Virus record (IMG/VR): IMGVR_UViG_3300014043_000154
Location: 1,262 to 65,261 of that record
Origin: a virus
Lineage: Duplodnaviria; Caudoviricetes
DNA length: 64,000 nt
Strand: one strand, 5' to 3'
Part shown: positions 1 to 8,723 of the stretch, piece by piece
Numbering within the stretch: the first letter of the stretch is position 1
Layout of the letters: each line of letters starts with the position of its first letter
The notes under the pieces: model-generated
Told to the model about the DNA's origin: nothing
Databases searched by the model: none
What the model saw: only the letters and a program-made list of their open reading frames with translations
Program-made: the position numbers and the translations under genes

Positions 1-72
1 CAAATCAACGGCATCGTAGGTATAATTCACCTTGCCACCGCAATGCGGACAGGGTTCCAACTCTACTTTCAT
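1..72 (-). CDS. Partial Lar-like zinc-ribbon protein (runs off left edge)
   Basis: Own translation MKVELEPCPHCGGKVNYTYDAVDL; CPxCG motif; ATGA overlap with upstream gene. Confidence 0.6.
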   Translation of the reverse strand, partial: MKVELEPCPHCGGKVNYTYDAVDL

Positions 73-656
73 TCCGTATCCCCCTCCGGCCTGTAAGGCT
101 CTATCACCGGCATCCACGCTACGACTTCGGATTTATGGCCGCTCACATTAATCCATCGTCCTGTGTCCGTATGCCATTTCCCATCCCTCAGATGGGCGCT
201 GACCTCCACGATCCGCGTACCGTCATCGCAGAGAATTGTGGCAAAGCACCGATCCGAAGTCATTTTAATTCCAAGGCTTTTCAGGATCCCCGCATCATGC
301 ATTTCCGGAAGATCTGTCGGGTCCTTAATCAGGTCGTGCCACTGACTTGTATGGCTCTCCTTCGGCGGGACGGTCTCCCATGTTGCGATCTCCTCCGACA
401 GACCCTTGACAAATTCATAGATTTTGGAATCGCCGTCATCGGACCTCCCCCAGCCGGGAGAATATGACAGCTCCAGATCTGCCAAGTACATCATCAACTT
501 ATTTTTGTCGACCGATTCCCCGAGCGATTCCGGTAACATACTCTCAACCATGCATATAGCATCTGTCCAACCCTGTGCGTAATCCGTATAGCTGTCAGCA
601 TTACCCGGCACTCTATAGGGATGCATTTCAGCGACCTTTTCAATAATCTGTTTCAT
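69..656 (-). CDS. Hypothetical phage protein (DUF551-like C-terminal 'VVAWMP')
   Basis: ORF in the minus-strand operon with 4-nt overlaps. Confidence 0.6.
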   Translation of the reverse strand: MKQIIEKVAEMHPYRVPGNADSYTDYAQGWTDAICMVESMLPESLGESVDKNKLMMYLADLELSYSPGWGRSDDGDSKIYEFVKGLSEEIATWETVPPKESHTSQWHDLIKDPTDLPEMHDAGILKSLGIKMTSDRCFATILCDDGTRIVEVSAHLRDGKWHTDTGRWINVSGHKSEVVAWMPVIEPYRPEGDTE

Positions 657-1105
657 CGCTTCTCCTTTTGCTCCTTTCCGTCCGGCTCCTTCACATATCT
701 TTCCTTCAGGTTTTCTGCCCTCTTCTGGATGTTCCTCTTCATGGCGTCCAGTTCACGGAGCTTTCTTTCAAGGGCAGCCTCGTTCATCGACTTCCCATAC
801 ATCCGGATCATCGATGCCAGCCTCCTGCGCTTTTCGATCTTGTCCCGGAGTTTCTTGTCGGTGACGATAACCGTGTATTCCTTGCCGCAGCCCGGGCAAC
901 GGAAGAACTGCTGTATCACCGACCCTTCATATCTCCGCTCCTCAAGTTTGATCTCGTATGTACCAAAGCACCTGTCACAGACCGCTGTCTTGTATGCTTC
1001 GTCACTCATTTTTCGTTCCTCGCTTTCTTGGCCATGTTCCTTGCCCCACTCACGATCAGCGTGCATATCACATACAATACTGGGAATGGCCAGAACCACT
1101 GCCAC
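653..1105 (-). CDS. Hypothetical protein with CxxC/CPGC zinc ribbon and coiled coil
   Basis: CDRC...CPGC motifs; operon coupling. Confidence 0.6.
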   Translation of the reverse strand: MAVVLAIPSIVCDMHADREWGKEHGQESEERKMSDEAYKTAVCDRCFGTYEIKLEERRYEGSVIQQFFRCPGCGKEYTVIVTDKKLRDKIEKRRRLASMIRMYGKSMNEAALERKLRELDAMKRNIQKRAENLKERYVKEPDGKEQKEKR

Positions 1106-1233
1106 TTGACATAATCGCCGACAGAGATCTTTCCCTCGCCGTATGCGTTCGTGTGGAATATCAGCAGCACCAGGTTGCCGATAAGGAAATATACCGCCAT
1201 GACCGTGGCCCCAATTATCCTTTCACCTATCAT
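1006..1233 (-). CDS. Small membrane protein
   Basis: Two hydrophobic segments; ATGA overlap with 1230..1514. Confidence 0.55.
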   Translation of the reverse strand: MIGERIIGATVMAVYFLIGNLVLLIFHTNAYGEGKISVGDYVKWQWFWPFPVLYVICTLIVSGARNMAKKARNEK

Positions 1234-1514
1234 GTTTCTTTACCTCCTGTTATCTCATTGAGACAATCATTCCATCCGGCGTAGTAGTTCGCCGCGGCTT
1301 TGTACTTGTCGAAATCCCGAAACGTCGGCGTTGACATTTGCAACGGAAGCGGCCTTGCCGGGCATTTCGGATGCCTTTTAGACTGATCGACCGGCTTTCC
1401 AGAGGCGTAATGGCTTGTCGAAAATCTGCCGACGTTGCAGTAGGCAAGCCCCATATGGCGGACTGGGCAGGTGTCGCACCTCTCCGGCATATCGATAATG
1501 ATTACCGCTTTCAC
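1230..1514 (-). CDS. Hypothetical phage protein
   Basis: MKAVIIIDMPERC...C...GWNDCL pattern common in Firmicutes phages. Confidence 0.65.
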   Translation of the reverse strand: MKAVIIIDMPERCDTCPVRHMGLAYCNVGRFSTSHYASGKPVDQSKRHPKCPARPLPLQMSTPTFRDFDKYKAAANYYAGWNDCLNEITGGKET

Positions 1515-1789
1515 TTATCAGCCTCCATTCTATGTTTCCACCGAATCATCTTCTGTGCTTTTACTGCTTCCACCCGCTCCATATCGACCAATCCTTTCAA
1601 CTGGTCTACACAGATCATGACATCCGCGATCTCTTCCGTTAAGGCCCCTATGCATTCCATCTCTGATTTAGGGGTCGGATTCTCTCCCCTGTATTTCCGG
1701 GCAAGCTTCAGAGCTGCATGTGACAGCTCTGAGCCTTCCTCTGCCAGCATTTCGAGCATTGCCGGCCTGCCGATCAAATCAATCATCAT
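1511..1789 (-). CDS. MazG-like nucleotide pyrophosphohydrolase
   Basis: AEEGSEL...EEIADV motifs. Confidence 0.7.
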   Translation of the reverse strand: MMIDLIGRPAMLEMLAEEGSELSHAALKLARKYRGENPTPKSEMECIGALTEEIADVMICVDQLKGLVDMERVEAVKAQKMIRWKHRMEADK

Positions 1790-2007
1790 CCTGCGTCCTC
1801 GACATTCTCACAGACGACACCATCCACGGCCTTCGCGACTTCGTAGGCGTCTTTGCTATTCCTCCACGATCCCCAGTACCACAGTTCTCCTTTGTCGACC
1901 CTGGCTACCACATATCGTTCGCACGGACCTGCCGGCATATTATGCACGAACACCTTTAAGCCTCTCATATAAACCTCACTTTCCGTCTGCCATATGTGAC
2001 AGACCAT
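1786..2007 (-). CDS. Hypothetical protein
   Basis: ORF coupled within the operon. Confidence 0.55.
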   Translation of the reverse strand: MVCHIWQTESEVYMRGLKVFVHNMPAGPCERYVVARVDKGELWYWGSWRNSKDAYEVAKAVDGVVCENVEDAG

Positions 2008-2248
2008 TTTGCACTAACCATTCTTTTGACCGCTCGTAATGCTCCTTTTTGACATAACGTCCACCGCATTTGTAGATCTCAATGATCGACATGTGCACGC
2101 CGGCCCAGAACACATTCCTGTCTTCCGGATAAGGAATCCCCCATTTGCGGAACAGCTTCTTGATCCGTTTCTCATTCAGGCTGACAAGGGCTGAATTCCT
2201 CTCATTGACGAACATTGACAGCTGCTTACTCAGATCCATCCTTGCCAT
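1976..2248 (-). CDS. Hypothetical protein
   Basis: ORF with RBS (AAGGAGG); N-terminal QLSMF. Confidence 0.6.
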   Translation of the reverse strand: MARMDLSKQLSMFVNERNSALVSLNEKRIKKLFRKWGIPYPEDRNVFWAGVHMSIIEIYKCGGRYVKKEHYERSKEWLVQNGLSHMADGK

Positions 2249-2708
2249 TTATCCCTCCTTTCATCAAATCTCCGAAGTATTCTTCCATAGTGATCTGGCC
2301 TTCGACCTGATTTGATGGCGGGGCTTTCGGCTGTGCGATCTTCACAGCATCCTCCCTGTGCTGCAGTCCATACCTGACGCAGGCATAAAAATCATCGACC
2401 GTCATATCCGGCGGGACGACCATGTCGAGGGTGTGGATGTCTGCCAGGTGCATCTCTCCTTTGATCATGCACCGATGCACATATTTCTCATGTGCGTACA
2501 CCCGCCAGCTCCAAGACCTGCTCTGGTCGTCCCGCTCGATTATCTTTCCGCACTTCGGACAGACGAGCTTGTAGTTCTCGATTTCCCCGGTCTTGAGGTT
2601 GACCGTCTGTGCCATCCCCGTGACCAGGTCTATGCGTTCCTGGCATCCGTCTGCCCTCTTCCCTGGAGGGATCCATTTGTACTCGCCAGACTGTGCTTCC
2701 TTCTTCAT
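2226..2708 (-). CDS. Hypothetical protein with CPKC zinc ribbon
   Basis: CPKCG; C-terminal EGQITMEEYF. Confidence 0.6.
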   Translation of the reverse strand: MKKEAQSGEYKWIPPGKRADGCQERIDLVTGMAQTVNLKTGEIENYKLVCPKCGKIIERDDQSRSWSWRVYAHEKYVHRCMIKGEMHLADIHTLDMVVPPDMTVDDFYACVRYGLQHREDAVKIAQPKAPPSNQVEGQITMEEYFGDLMKGGINGKDGSE

Positions 2709-2836
2709 TTCTTCGTCCTCCAGTCATCGCAGGTGCCTTTGCTCATGCTGACCTTCTTTCCGGTCTTCTCACAATAGCCGCCTTTATAGGTCGGCTTGCA
2801 GTGATCGCAGTTCTTACAGATTTCCTTTTTTGCCAT
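2705..2836 (-). CDS. 43-aa Cys-rich small protein (not in ORF track)
   Basis: Own translation MAKKEICKNCDHCKPTYKGGYCEKTGKKVSMSKGTCDDWRTKK; ATGA overlap with downstream gene. Confidence 0.65.
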   Translation of the reverse strand: MAKKEICKNCDHCKPTYKGGYCEKTGKKVSMSKGTCDDWRTKK

Positions 2837-2871
2837 ATCCGAAGTTCCTCTCTATTCCGGTTTCCCAGTCC

Positions 2872-3123
2872 TCACGAATGCGTCGCCTCGAAGTTCTCAA
2901 TCGCCCACTTGTTGCCGGTCGCATTGACCTTCGTCCTCGTCCTCTCATAAGGACCGGGCGTGCGTTTCGGCATATACGGCGTGATCCGTGTGCGGACGCC
3001 GCGCTTCTCAAGCTCTTCGTCGATTTTCCGGATCTCATTCTGATGGAACGCTTTCGCTTCCTTCAGCTGGTCAACAGTGATCTCCTCTTCTTCGGGAATA
3101 ACAATCTCGATCATTTTCTTCAC
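2872..3123 (-). CDS. Hypothetical protein
   Basis: ORF with GAGG RBS; C-terminal RTRTKVNATGNKWAIENFEATH. Confidence 0.6.
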   Translation of the reverse strand: MKKMIEIVIPEEEEITVDQLKEAKAFHQNEIRKIDEELEKRGVRTRITPYMPKRTPGPYERTRTKVNATGNKWAIENFEATHS

Positions 3124-3124
3124 C

Positions 3125-4210
3125 TCAATTCGTTGATATTGCGACCGGCAGGATAACGACCTGCATATCTGTATTTTCCTCCGACAGGAACATCGGATAC
3201 TTCGGCGATGTCAGTTCGATCGTCACCAGTTCATCAGAGAAGAACTTCAGTGAATCGTATATCAGTTTCGGGTTGAAACCGATACGGATCGGCTGTTCAA
3301 CCTCGGATGACAGCTGTACGACCTCATGATAGTCGCTCGTGATGTTGACGATAGACACTTCCATCTCATGTCCGGTGATGTCGATCACAACCGGCACTTT
3401 TGATTTCTCGCTGTTGATGCACGTGTTCGCACGCAGCAATGCTTCAGAAAAATCCCTGCGGTAAAGGCTCGTGCGGATCGGGCTGTCGATGAACATCTTC
3501 TCATAGTCGAAGTACACTCCCCCGATGAGCCGTGTATGTACGATGCAGCCCTCATCCTTGAAGACTGCGGCATACTGGTCGTAAGACAGCTCGACATCCC
3601 CACGGAGCTCGAGCGCCGCCAGCTTTTCACAAGCCTGCTTCGGGACGATGATCTTCATCCCGGCAACCCCCTTGGATGGTATCGTCATCCTGGCTATCTT
3701 GTGCCCGTCGAGGGCAGCCATGGTGATTTTGTCCGCATCTCCCTGCATATAGACTCCCTGCATCTGGATCTTCTGTGCCTTGGAGTCAGCTGCAAATGCG
3801 ACGTGCGACAGCCCATACACAAGTTTGTCCGCATCGATGACCACCCTCTCATCGCCTATATCCCTTATGTCGTCATAGGCGAACTGGTTCGCCGGCACGG
3901 TCTGTATCTTGTTCTTGATCCTTCCCGCGATGATCGTAATAACGTCCTTGTCGTCGACGTCGATCCTGATGTCACCGTCCGGCAGCTTGCAGATCATGTC
4001 GAGAGCCTTGGTCGGGAGGATGAATTTCTCACCCGCTCCGGCCTCCAGTTTGACCTGTACTGAGATTTCTGTGTTCGTGGCGATCAAATACCCGTCTTTC
4101 ACCAAAGCGCCCATCAGGGCGTCAATCGTGGATGATTTCGGGATGACGCTCGCCACCTTGCGGATAGCCGCGGCAATCTCACTCTTTGTTACTACCATTG
4201 TGCTCCTCAC
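3125..4210 (-). CDS. dnaN: DNA polymerase III beta sliding clamp (phage-encoded)
   Basis: 361 aa; LIATNTEI, AALDGHKIA, YFDYEKM, IGFNPKL, VILPV match beta-clamp motifs. Confidence 0.9.
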   Translation of the reverse strand: MRSTMVVTKSEIAAAIRKVASVIPKSSTIDALMGALVKDGYLIATNTEISVQVKLEAGAGEKFILPTKALDMICKLPDGDIRIDVDDKDVITIIAGRIKNKIQTVPANQFAYDDIRDIGDERVVIDADKLVYGLSHVAFAADSKAQKIQMQGVYMQGDADKITMAALDGHKIARMTIPSKGVAGMKIIVPKQACEKLAALELRGDVELSYDQYAAVFKDEGCIVHTRLIGGVYFDYEKMFIDSPIRTSLYRRDFSEALLRANTCINSEKSKVPVVIDITGHEMEVSIVNITSDYHEVVQLSSEVEQPIRIGFNPKLIYDSLKFFSDELVTIELTSPKYPMFLSEENTDMQVVILPVAISTN

Positions 4211-4742
4211 TTTCCCGGAGGCTTATTCCGTCTAAGAACCGCAGGTAGCCTCCGCTGTAATTGACCCTGAACGGTTCCAGATCTGAACGGTCCATGTACA
4301 AGCGCCCATACAGTCTCTTCATATCCCGGAACGTCGGCCAGGGAATCCTGTAATAGTCCTTGAACTGGATGTTCGCTACGACAAAGCAGTGCGCTCCCAT
4401 CTTCATGTAGCGTTCGAAGCACTTCTCCTGCTCCGAGGTCACCGCCTGCCGTCTGAGGACTTCTGTTTCAGTATGTTTCGCATCAAAGAGGATCGTTGTT
4501 CCGTCACACAGCGTCCCCTTAAAATCAGGCTGTGCCATCTTCTCGAATCTGGAAAGGAACTGCCCGTTCCCCATCGGCCTTATTACCTTCATCGGCTCCG
4601 GGGTCTTGTCGAGGACCGCAATACCGAGATGCTCATAATACCCGCCGGCGATCTCGATCATTCTCTCGAACCAGTCCCCTTCCATCTTTGATTGGCGGCC
4701 TTGCAGCCTGTGCTTTGCATACTTAGCAGTATCCGTACTCAT
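4179..4742 (-). CDS. recU: Holliday junction resolvase RecU family
   Basis: G..FE, KTPEP, PDFKGTL, FDAKHT. Confidence 0.85.
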   Translation of the reverse strand: MSTDTAKYAKHRLQGRQSKMEGDWFERMIEIAGGYYEHLGIAVLDKTPEPMKVIRPMGNGQFLSRFEKMAQPDFKGTLCDGTTILFDAKHTETEVLRRQAVTSEQEKCFERYMKMGAHCFVVANIQFKDYYRIPWPTFRDMKRLYGRLYMDRSDLEPFRVNYSGGYLRFLDGISLRESEEHNGSNKE

Positions 4743-5019
4743 TCGCTTTCTCCATTAACTTGTTGATCGTGATGGCGCCGATCCCTCTCACCTTCTCGCC
4801 CTGGAGCCGGATGATGAACTCCATCGCGCTGTTCTTTCTGTTCGCTGTCGCATATTCGCATCCGGCGTTATAGCCTTTCTGGTATTCGATCTTCCCGGCC
4901 TCGGCGATCTGTGTGTCGATGTACGCGCACAGCTGTTCATCCGTCATACGCTTCATCTTCACAGCCCTGTCGTGAACTTCCCTTTCATTGGCTGTCCTCC
5001 TACAATTTCTCTTAGCCAT
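4723..5019 (-). CDS. Hypothetical protein
   Basis: ORF in operon; C-terminal GIGAITINKL helix-hairpin-like motif. Confidence 0.6.
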   Translation of the reverse strand: MAKRNCRRTANEREVHDRAVKMKRMTDEQLCAYIDTQIAEAGKIEYQKGYNAGCEYATANRKNSAMEFIIRLQGEKVRGIGAITINKLMEKANEYGYC

Positions 5020-6028
5020 TGTTCATACCCTCCACATTTGGTACCGGGATATTATGCTCTGCGCAGAACCATCTCAGGCACTCGTGACACATGAATCCCA
5101 TTGTCGTGTTCCTTGTCCCCCGTCCGGATCTGGCGGACAGGGTGACCATTTCTTTTTTTGGACGGTGAGCACCGCATATCATGCAGTGGTCCCACCGTTT
5201 GTCTTTAATTGCCTGTGTAGCAATGTTTTTCTTCCCGACGTATTGAGCAAGCTGTTGCGGATATTCTTCCCGGAAATCGTCCACCAGAGCCCTCACGGAC
5301 TCCTTCATGAACACCGGGGCTTTCGTCCAGTGACAGATCTCGTCTATCCACTCACTCTGAACTGCCGGCTTGCCTTTCCTGTTACCCGTCTCCGCTCCGA
5401 TAATCAGCCATTCATAAATGCTGATATCCGTAAGGGACAACCTGTCCAGTCTTTCATGGAGAGGTTCGATGCTTGCGAATATCCTTAACCTATCTGCGAT
5501 CTCCATCATAATGAGAGACCGGCTCTGCACATCCTTGTTGCTCGTGAGCGTCACCCCGTAGTAGAAGTTGTCACCATCAGGGAGGTCTAACTGCGTATAA
5601 CGGAACGGGTTCTTCGTCAGGAAAATGTAGTTGTTCATCTCGTTCCCGGTCGCTTCCACGACCTCGCTTATCACCCAGTCAGGCACCCATTTTCCGAACA
5701 GGTCTGCCAGCGCTCCGACAAAGATATTGTGTCCGCCCTTCAGTTGTTCTATCGCTTTCAGCCGATACCGGTGAAACGTCGGTTCGAATCCAAAGGGATA
5801 ATTGATGATCTCGCCGTTCGGACCATGGAACTGTTCATCGAGGACGTATATCCCGTCAACAATCCTGTACTTATCTGTGTGCGTCAGATTTTCCCGGATA
5901 TCTCCGGAGAACCTGGTGATGAGTTTCTTGGCGTAACAGTACGGGCAGTCATGCTTGCATCCTGTGATTGGGTTGAATGTGTGGTCGCACCACGGAATCT
6001 TGCTTCTGTTCATGTTCATCCTCCTCAA
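5012..6028 (-). CDS. DUF5131 / Gp37-Gp68 family radical-SAM-like protein
   Basis: SKIPWCDHTFNPITGCKHDCPYCYA (CxxxCxxC), FLTKNP, SIEPL, WLIIGAETG. Confidence 0.85.
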   Translation of the reverse strand: MRRMNMNRSKIPWCDHTFNPITGCKHDCPYCYAKKLITRFSGDIRENLTHTDKYRIVDGIYVLDEQFHGPNGEIINYPFGFEPTFHRYRLKAIEQLKGGHNIFVGALADLFGKWVPDWVISEVVEATGNEMNNYIFLTKNPFRYTQLDLPDGDNFYYGVTLTSNKDVQSRSLIMMEIADRLRIFASIEPLHERLDRLSLTDISIYEWLIIGAETGNRKGKPAVQSEWIDEICHWTKAPVFMKESVRALVDDFREEYPQQLAQYVGKKNIATQAIKDKRWDHCMICGAHRPKKEMVTLSARSGRGTRNTTMGFMCHECLRWFCAEHNIPVPNVEGMNNG

Positions 6029-8178
6029 CCTGCAGCTGATTCACTTAAATCGACATCCGGCTCCACATCCATAAAATCTGCTTCCAGAACATCCACAAGG
6101 AGTTTTCCTGCAAGCACTCCGTGCCAGATCTTGTTACCGTTTTTCCGAAGTTCCTTGAATTCCTCTTCACGGAGCACCGCGCTTTTGGACTGCAGTTCGA
6201 TGTCCTTCTTGCTCAGCCGTTTCTTTATCGCTTTCTGCCACTCCCTGATGAACGACACCGCTTCCTTAAAATCTGCGTTCTGCCGGTCTCCGGTTGTCCT
6301 TTTCTGCCTTGTTGCTCCGCCAGGCTCAATTTCAAGGGTGTAATATGGGATGTCGGGAGCATCGGCCTTGCGAAGGAAAACGATGAAGGATTCCCTTCTC
6401 TCGATTCTCGAGAAATAAATGTCTGACCGATGCAGGCAGTGTTCCAGAGCGATTCCCTCTTCAATGATGTCCTTTATCCCATCAGGGCATACGATGCAGT
6501 ACGTTTCATTCCGGTATTCATACTTCGCCTTGATCTCAGTGCAGATCTCATTGACATTCGGGAACTTTGACAAAATCTCGAGTTCACGTTTTGCCAGTGC
6601 CGCGCCGCCGGAGATCTTGACCATTTCATCATGCGCAGCCCTCAGATTTTTCGGTCTGTACACGTACTCGCTCTTTACGTTCCGCTTCATGTAGGCCGCC
6701 ATGGCCAGATAATCGCTCCATGTGCTGACCATCTCCGTGTAACTCCTGTCATAATGCTCGTCTTCCATCTGGCGCTTCATGAAATTGACGATCTGCTCAT
6801 AACTCATGCGGTCATCGATAAAACTGAATGTGTCTTCCTTGAAGGAATATTTAATCAGGAATTTAATGACAGCCTGATTGGATGACTCGCCTCGCTTGAA
6901 GAAGATCCTCATCCAGTGGTATTCATCCACGTCACCGTTCGTGCTCTTCAGCAGCTCAAAGTCTTCCTTCGTGATGCCAAGCCTCTTCCATGGCGTGCCG
7001 TGGTCTTCCGCAAATCCTCCGATATGATTTGCAAGATTCGTCATTCCCATCTTTGCCAAAAACTCGAGTTCGGGCATGGACTCATACCGATGCAGGTAAT
7101 TCAATGGTGAGAATCCCCTGACTCCGATCATCCTGTCTACGGCACTGTACTGGTACTTTGTCCCTGCCACGAGATCGGGTATGAATGTTACCGGATAAAT
7201 CTTTGTGTTTACCGGTGATGTATGGTACCATCCGTCACCATACTGTGACTTGTTCCAAGATCCTCCGTAGTTGTATCTCCAATAACAGATCTCGTGACCG
7301 TTCCGAATAATCCTTCGTTTCTTCTCAAACACTGATATCTTGAGTTCTTCATCAAACTTCGTGACCGAATCAATTGCGTACAGCCGCTCGACGAAGCCAC
7401 CGTAAGGATGCCTCTGGAACAGGATTGCGTGATTGTCCCTTCCGACAACGACATCGTATCGATTGCCATTCGCCTTATAATCGCTCCTCCTGACGTTGCA
7501 CTCGGTTCCACATTCCGGGCAAATGGTCTTCTTGTCCTTGACATCACCCTTCAGGATCGTGACTTCATTACCGCAGTGTGAGCATGTACCCTTCGTGTGT
7601 TTGTTCTTACGGAAAGGGATGATCGTCATGTAGTGAATGGGTTCGAACTCCTTCGCTAACCAATCGCGGAATCCAGCAGGTTCCGGCGGTATCTTATCCA
7701 TCTCTTCTTGGATTACCCGGTTCTTTCTTTCTTCACTTTCAAAATACTTCTTGCTCTGAAGGATGCTCTCTGCATCAGAGAACATGCACATTTCATCTGC
7801 AACATATTCGAGACGCGGCCAATACTTGAGGACGAATGTCCTGATTACCTTCCTCATCTCGTCGGAGATCTTCACCGGAAGATTCGTGTAGGAGCCTTTC
7901 TTTTTTGCAAAATTAACGCCGCTATAGGAATAGACGCTCGCCATCTTGTAGCACCAGTGTGCTTCGTTCTTAACGGCTAGTGTTGATCCTTCCGGGAAAT
8001 ATGTGGCGTACTCATTCTGGCTCAGGCAGAAGCGAACGGCAGGTTTCGTGTTCGAAACATCGACCACCAGCGTCTCCTGCTTCTTCCCCTTTGCCGGCAG
8101 GACCATTGCACTTATCATGCATTCATTCTTGCTTGCGGGAGCGAGCCATGCGATCTGCTCTATCTCTTTCCTTCTCAT
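6025..8178 (-). CDS. PcfJ domain-containing protein
   Basis: DYL.MA, PKNLRAAHD, EEGIALEHC, FLRK..PD.PYYTLEI. Confidence 0.85.
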   Translation of the reverse strand: MRRKEIEQIAWLAPASKNECMISAMVLPAKGKKQETLVVDVSNTKPAVRFCLSQNEYATYFPEGSTLAVKNEAHWCYKMASVYSYSGVNFAKKKGSYTNLPVKISDEMRKVIRTFVLKYWPRLEYVADEMCMFSDAESILQSKKYFESEERKNRVIQEEMDKIPPEPAGFRDWLAKEFEPIHYMTIIPFRKNKHTKGTCSHCGNEVTILKGDVKDKKTICPECGTECNVRRSDYKANGNRYDVVVGRDNHAILFQRHPYGGFVERLYAIDSVTKFDEELKISVFEKKRRIIRNGHEICYWRYNYGGSWNKSQYGDGWYHTSPVNTKIYPVTFIPDLVAGTKYQYSAVDRMIGVRGFSPLNYLHRYESMPELEFLAKMGMTNLANHIGGFAEDHGTPWKRLGITKEDFELLKSTNGDVDEYHWMRIFFKRGESSNQAVIKFLIKYSFKEDTFSFIDDRMSYEQIVNFMKRQMEDEHYDRSYTEMVSTWSDYLAMAAYMKRNVKSEYVYRPKNLRAAHDEMVKISGGAALAKRELEILSKFPNVNEICTEIKAKYEYRNETYCIVCPDGIKDIIEEGIALEHCLHRSDIYFSRIERRESFIVFLRKADAPDIPYYTLEIEPGGATRQKRTTGDRQNADFKEAVSFIREWQKAIKKRLSKKDIELQSKSAVLREEEFKELRKNGNKIWHGVLAGKLLVDVLEADFMDVEPDVDLSESAAG

Positions 8179-8723
8179 TTGGCTCCCTCCTTTATGTGGT
8201 ATGTGGTGTATGGTCTATACTTGACCCCGTCGATCTTGAACATCGATATACGTACAATCTTTCTGCTGTCCTCTTCCTCTTTCAGAAGAGCTATGATATC
8301 GCCCTTTCTCCCGGAAGCTCCCGGATGCTTGCCTCTTACGATCTTCATTCCGAAGAATCCCTCGGCCGATGAAGCATGCTCACGCTTCACATAGCCGTTC
8401 TCCTTCATCATCGGGTTCTTGATCATGTAGTCGCACGCAGCTATCACGAATTCCTCTTTTGAGAGTTCCTTTGCAAGCAGCATTCTCGTGCAGGAGATCT
8501 TCGTATCGTCACCGGATTCATTGATATCACCGTCAGCTATGACCTGGTAATAGACCGACTTATCCCAATTTGGGTAGTATGAGAGACAGTCAAGAGGATC
8601 TTCAGCGCAGTGCAGGCCGTTCTTAAAACAGTTGGCTTCCTCTTCTGTGTTCCAGTCGTCCAGCTTGAATTTGTACCCCTTGCATGTGAGATCTGGATTG
8701 AATCCTTTGTAAGCAATAAGCAT
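8175..8723 (-). CDS. Conserved phage protein (AYKGFNPDLTCKGY family)
   Basis: YKGF..DLTC.GY.F and GLHCAE.PLDCLSYY motifs. Confidence 0.7.
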   Translation of the reverse strand: MLIAYKGFNPDLTCKGYKFKLDDWNTEEEANCFKNGLHCAEDPLDCLSYYPNWDKSVYYQVIADGDINESGDDTKISCTRMLLAKELSKEEFVIAACDYMIKNPMMKENGYVKREHASSAEGFFGMKIVRGKHPGASGRKGDIIALLKEEEDSRKIVRISMFKIDGVKYRPYTTYHIKEGAK

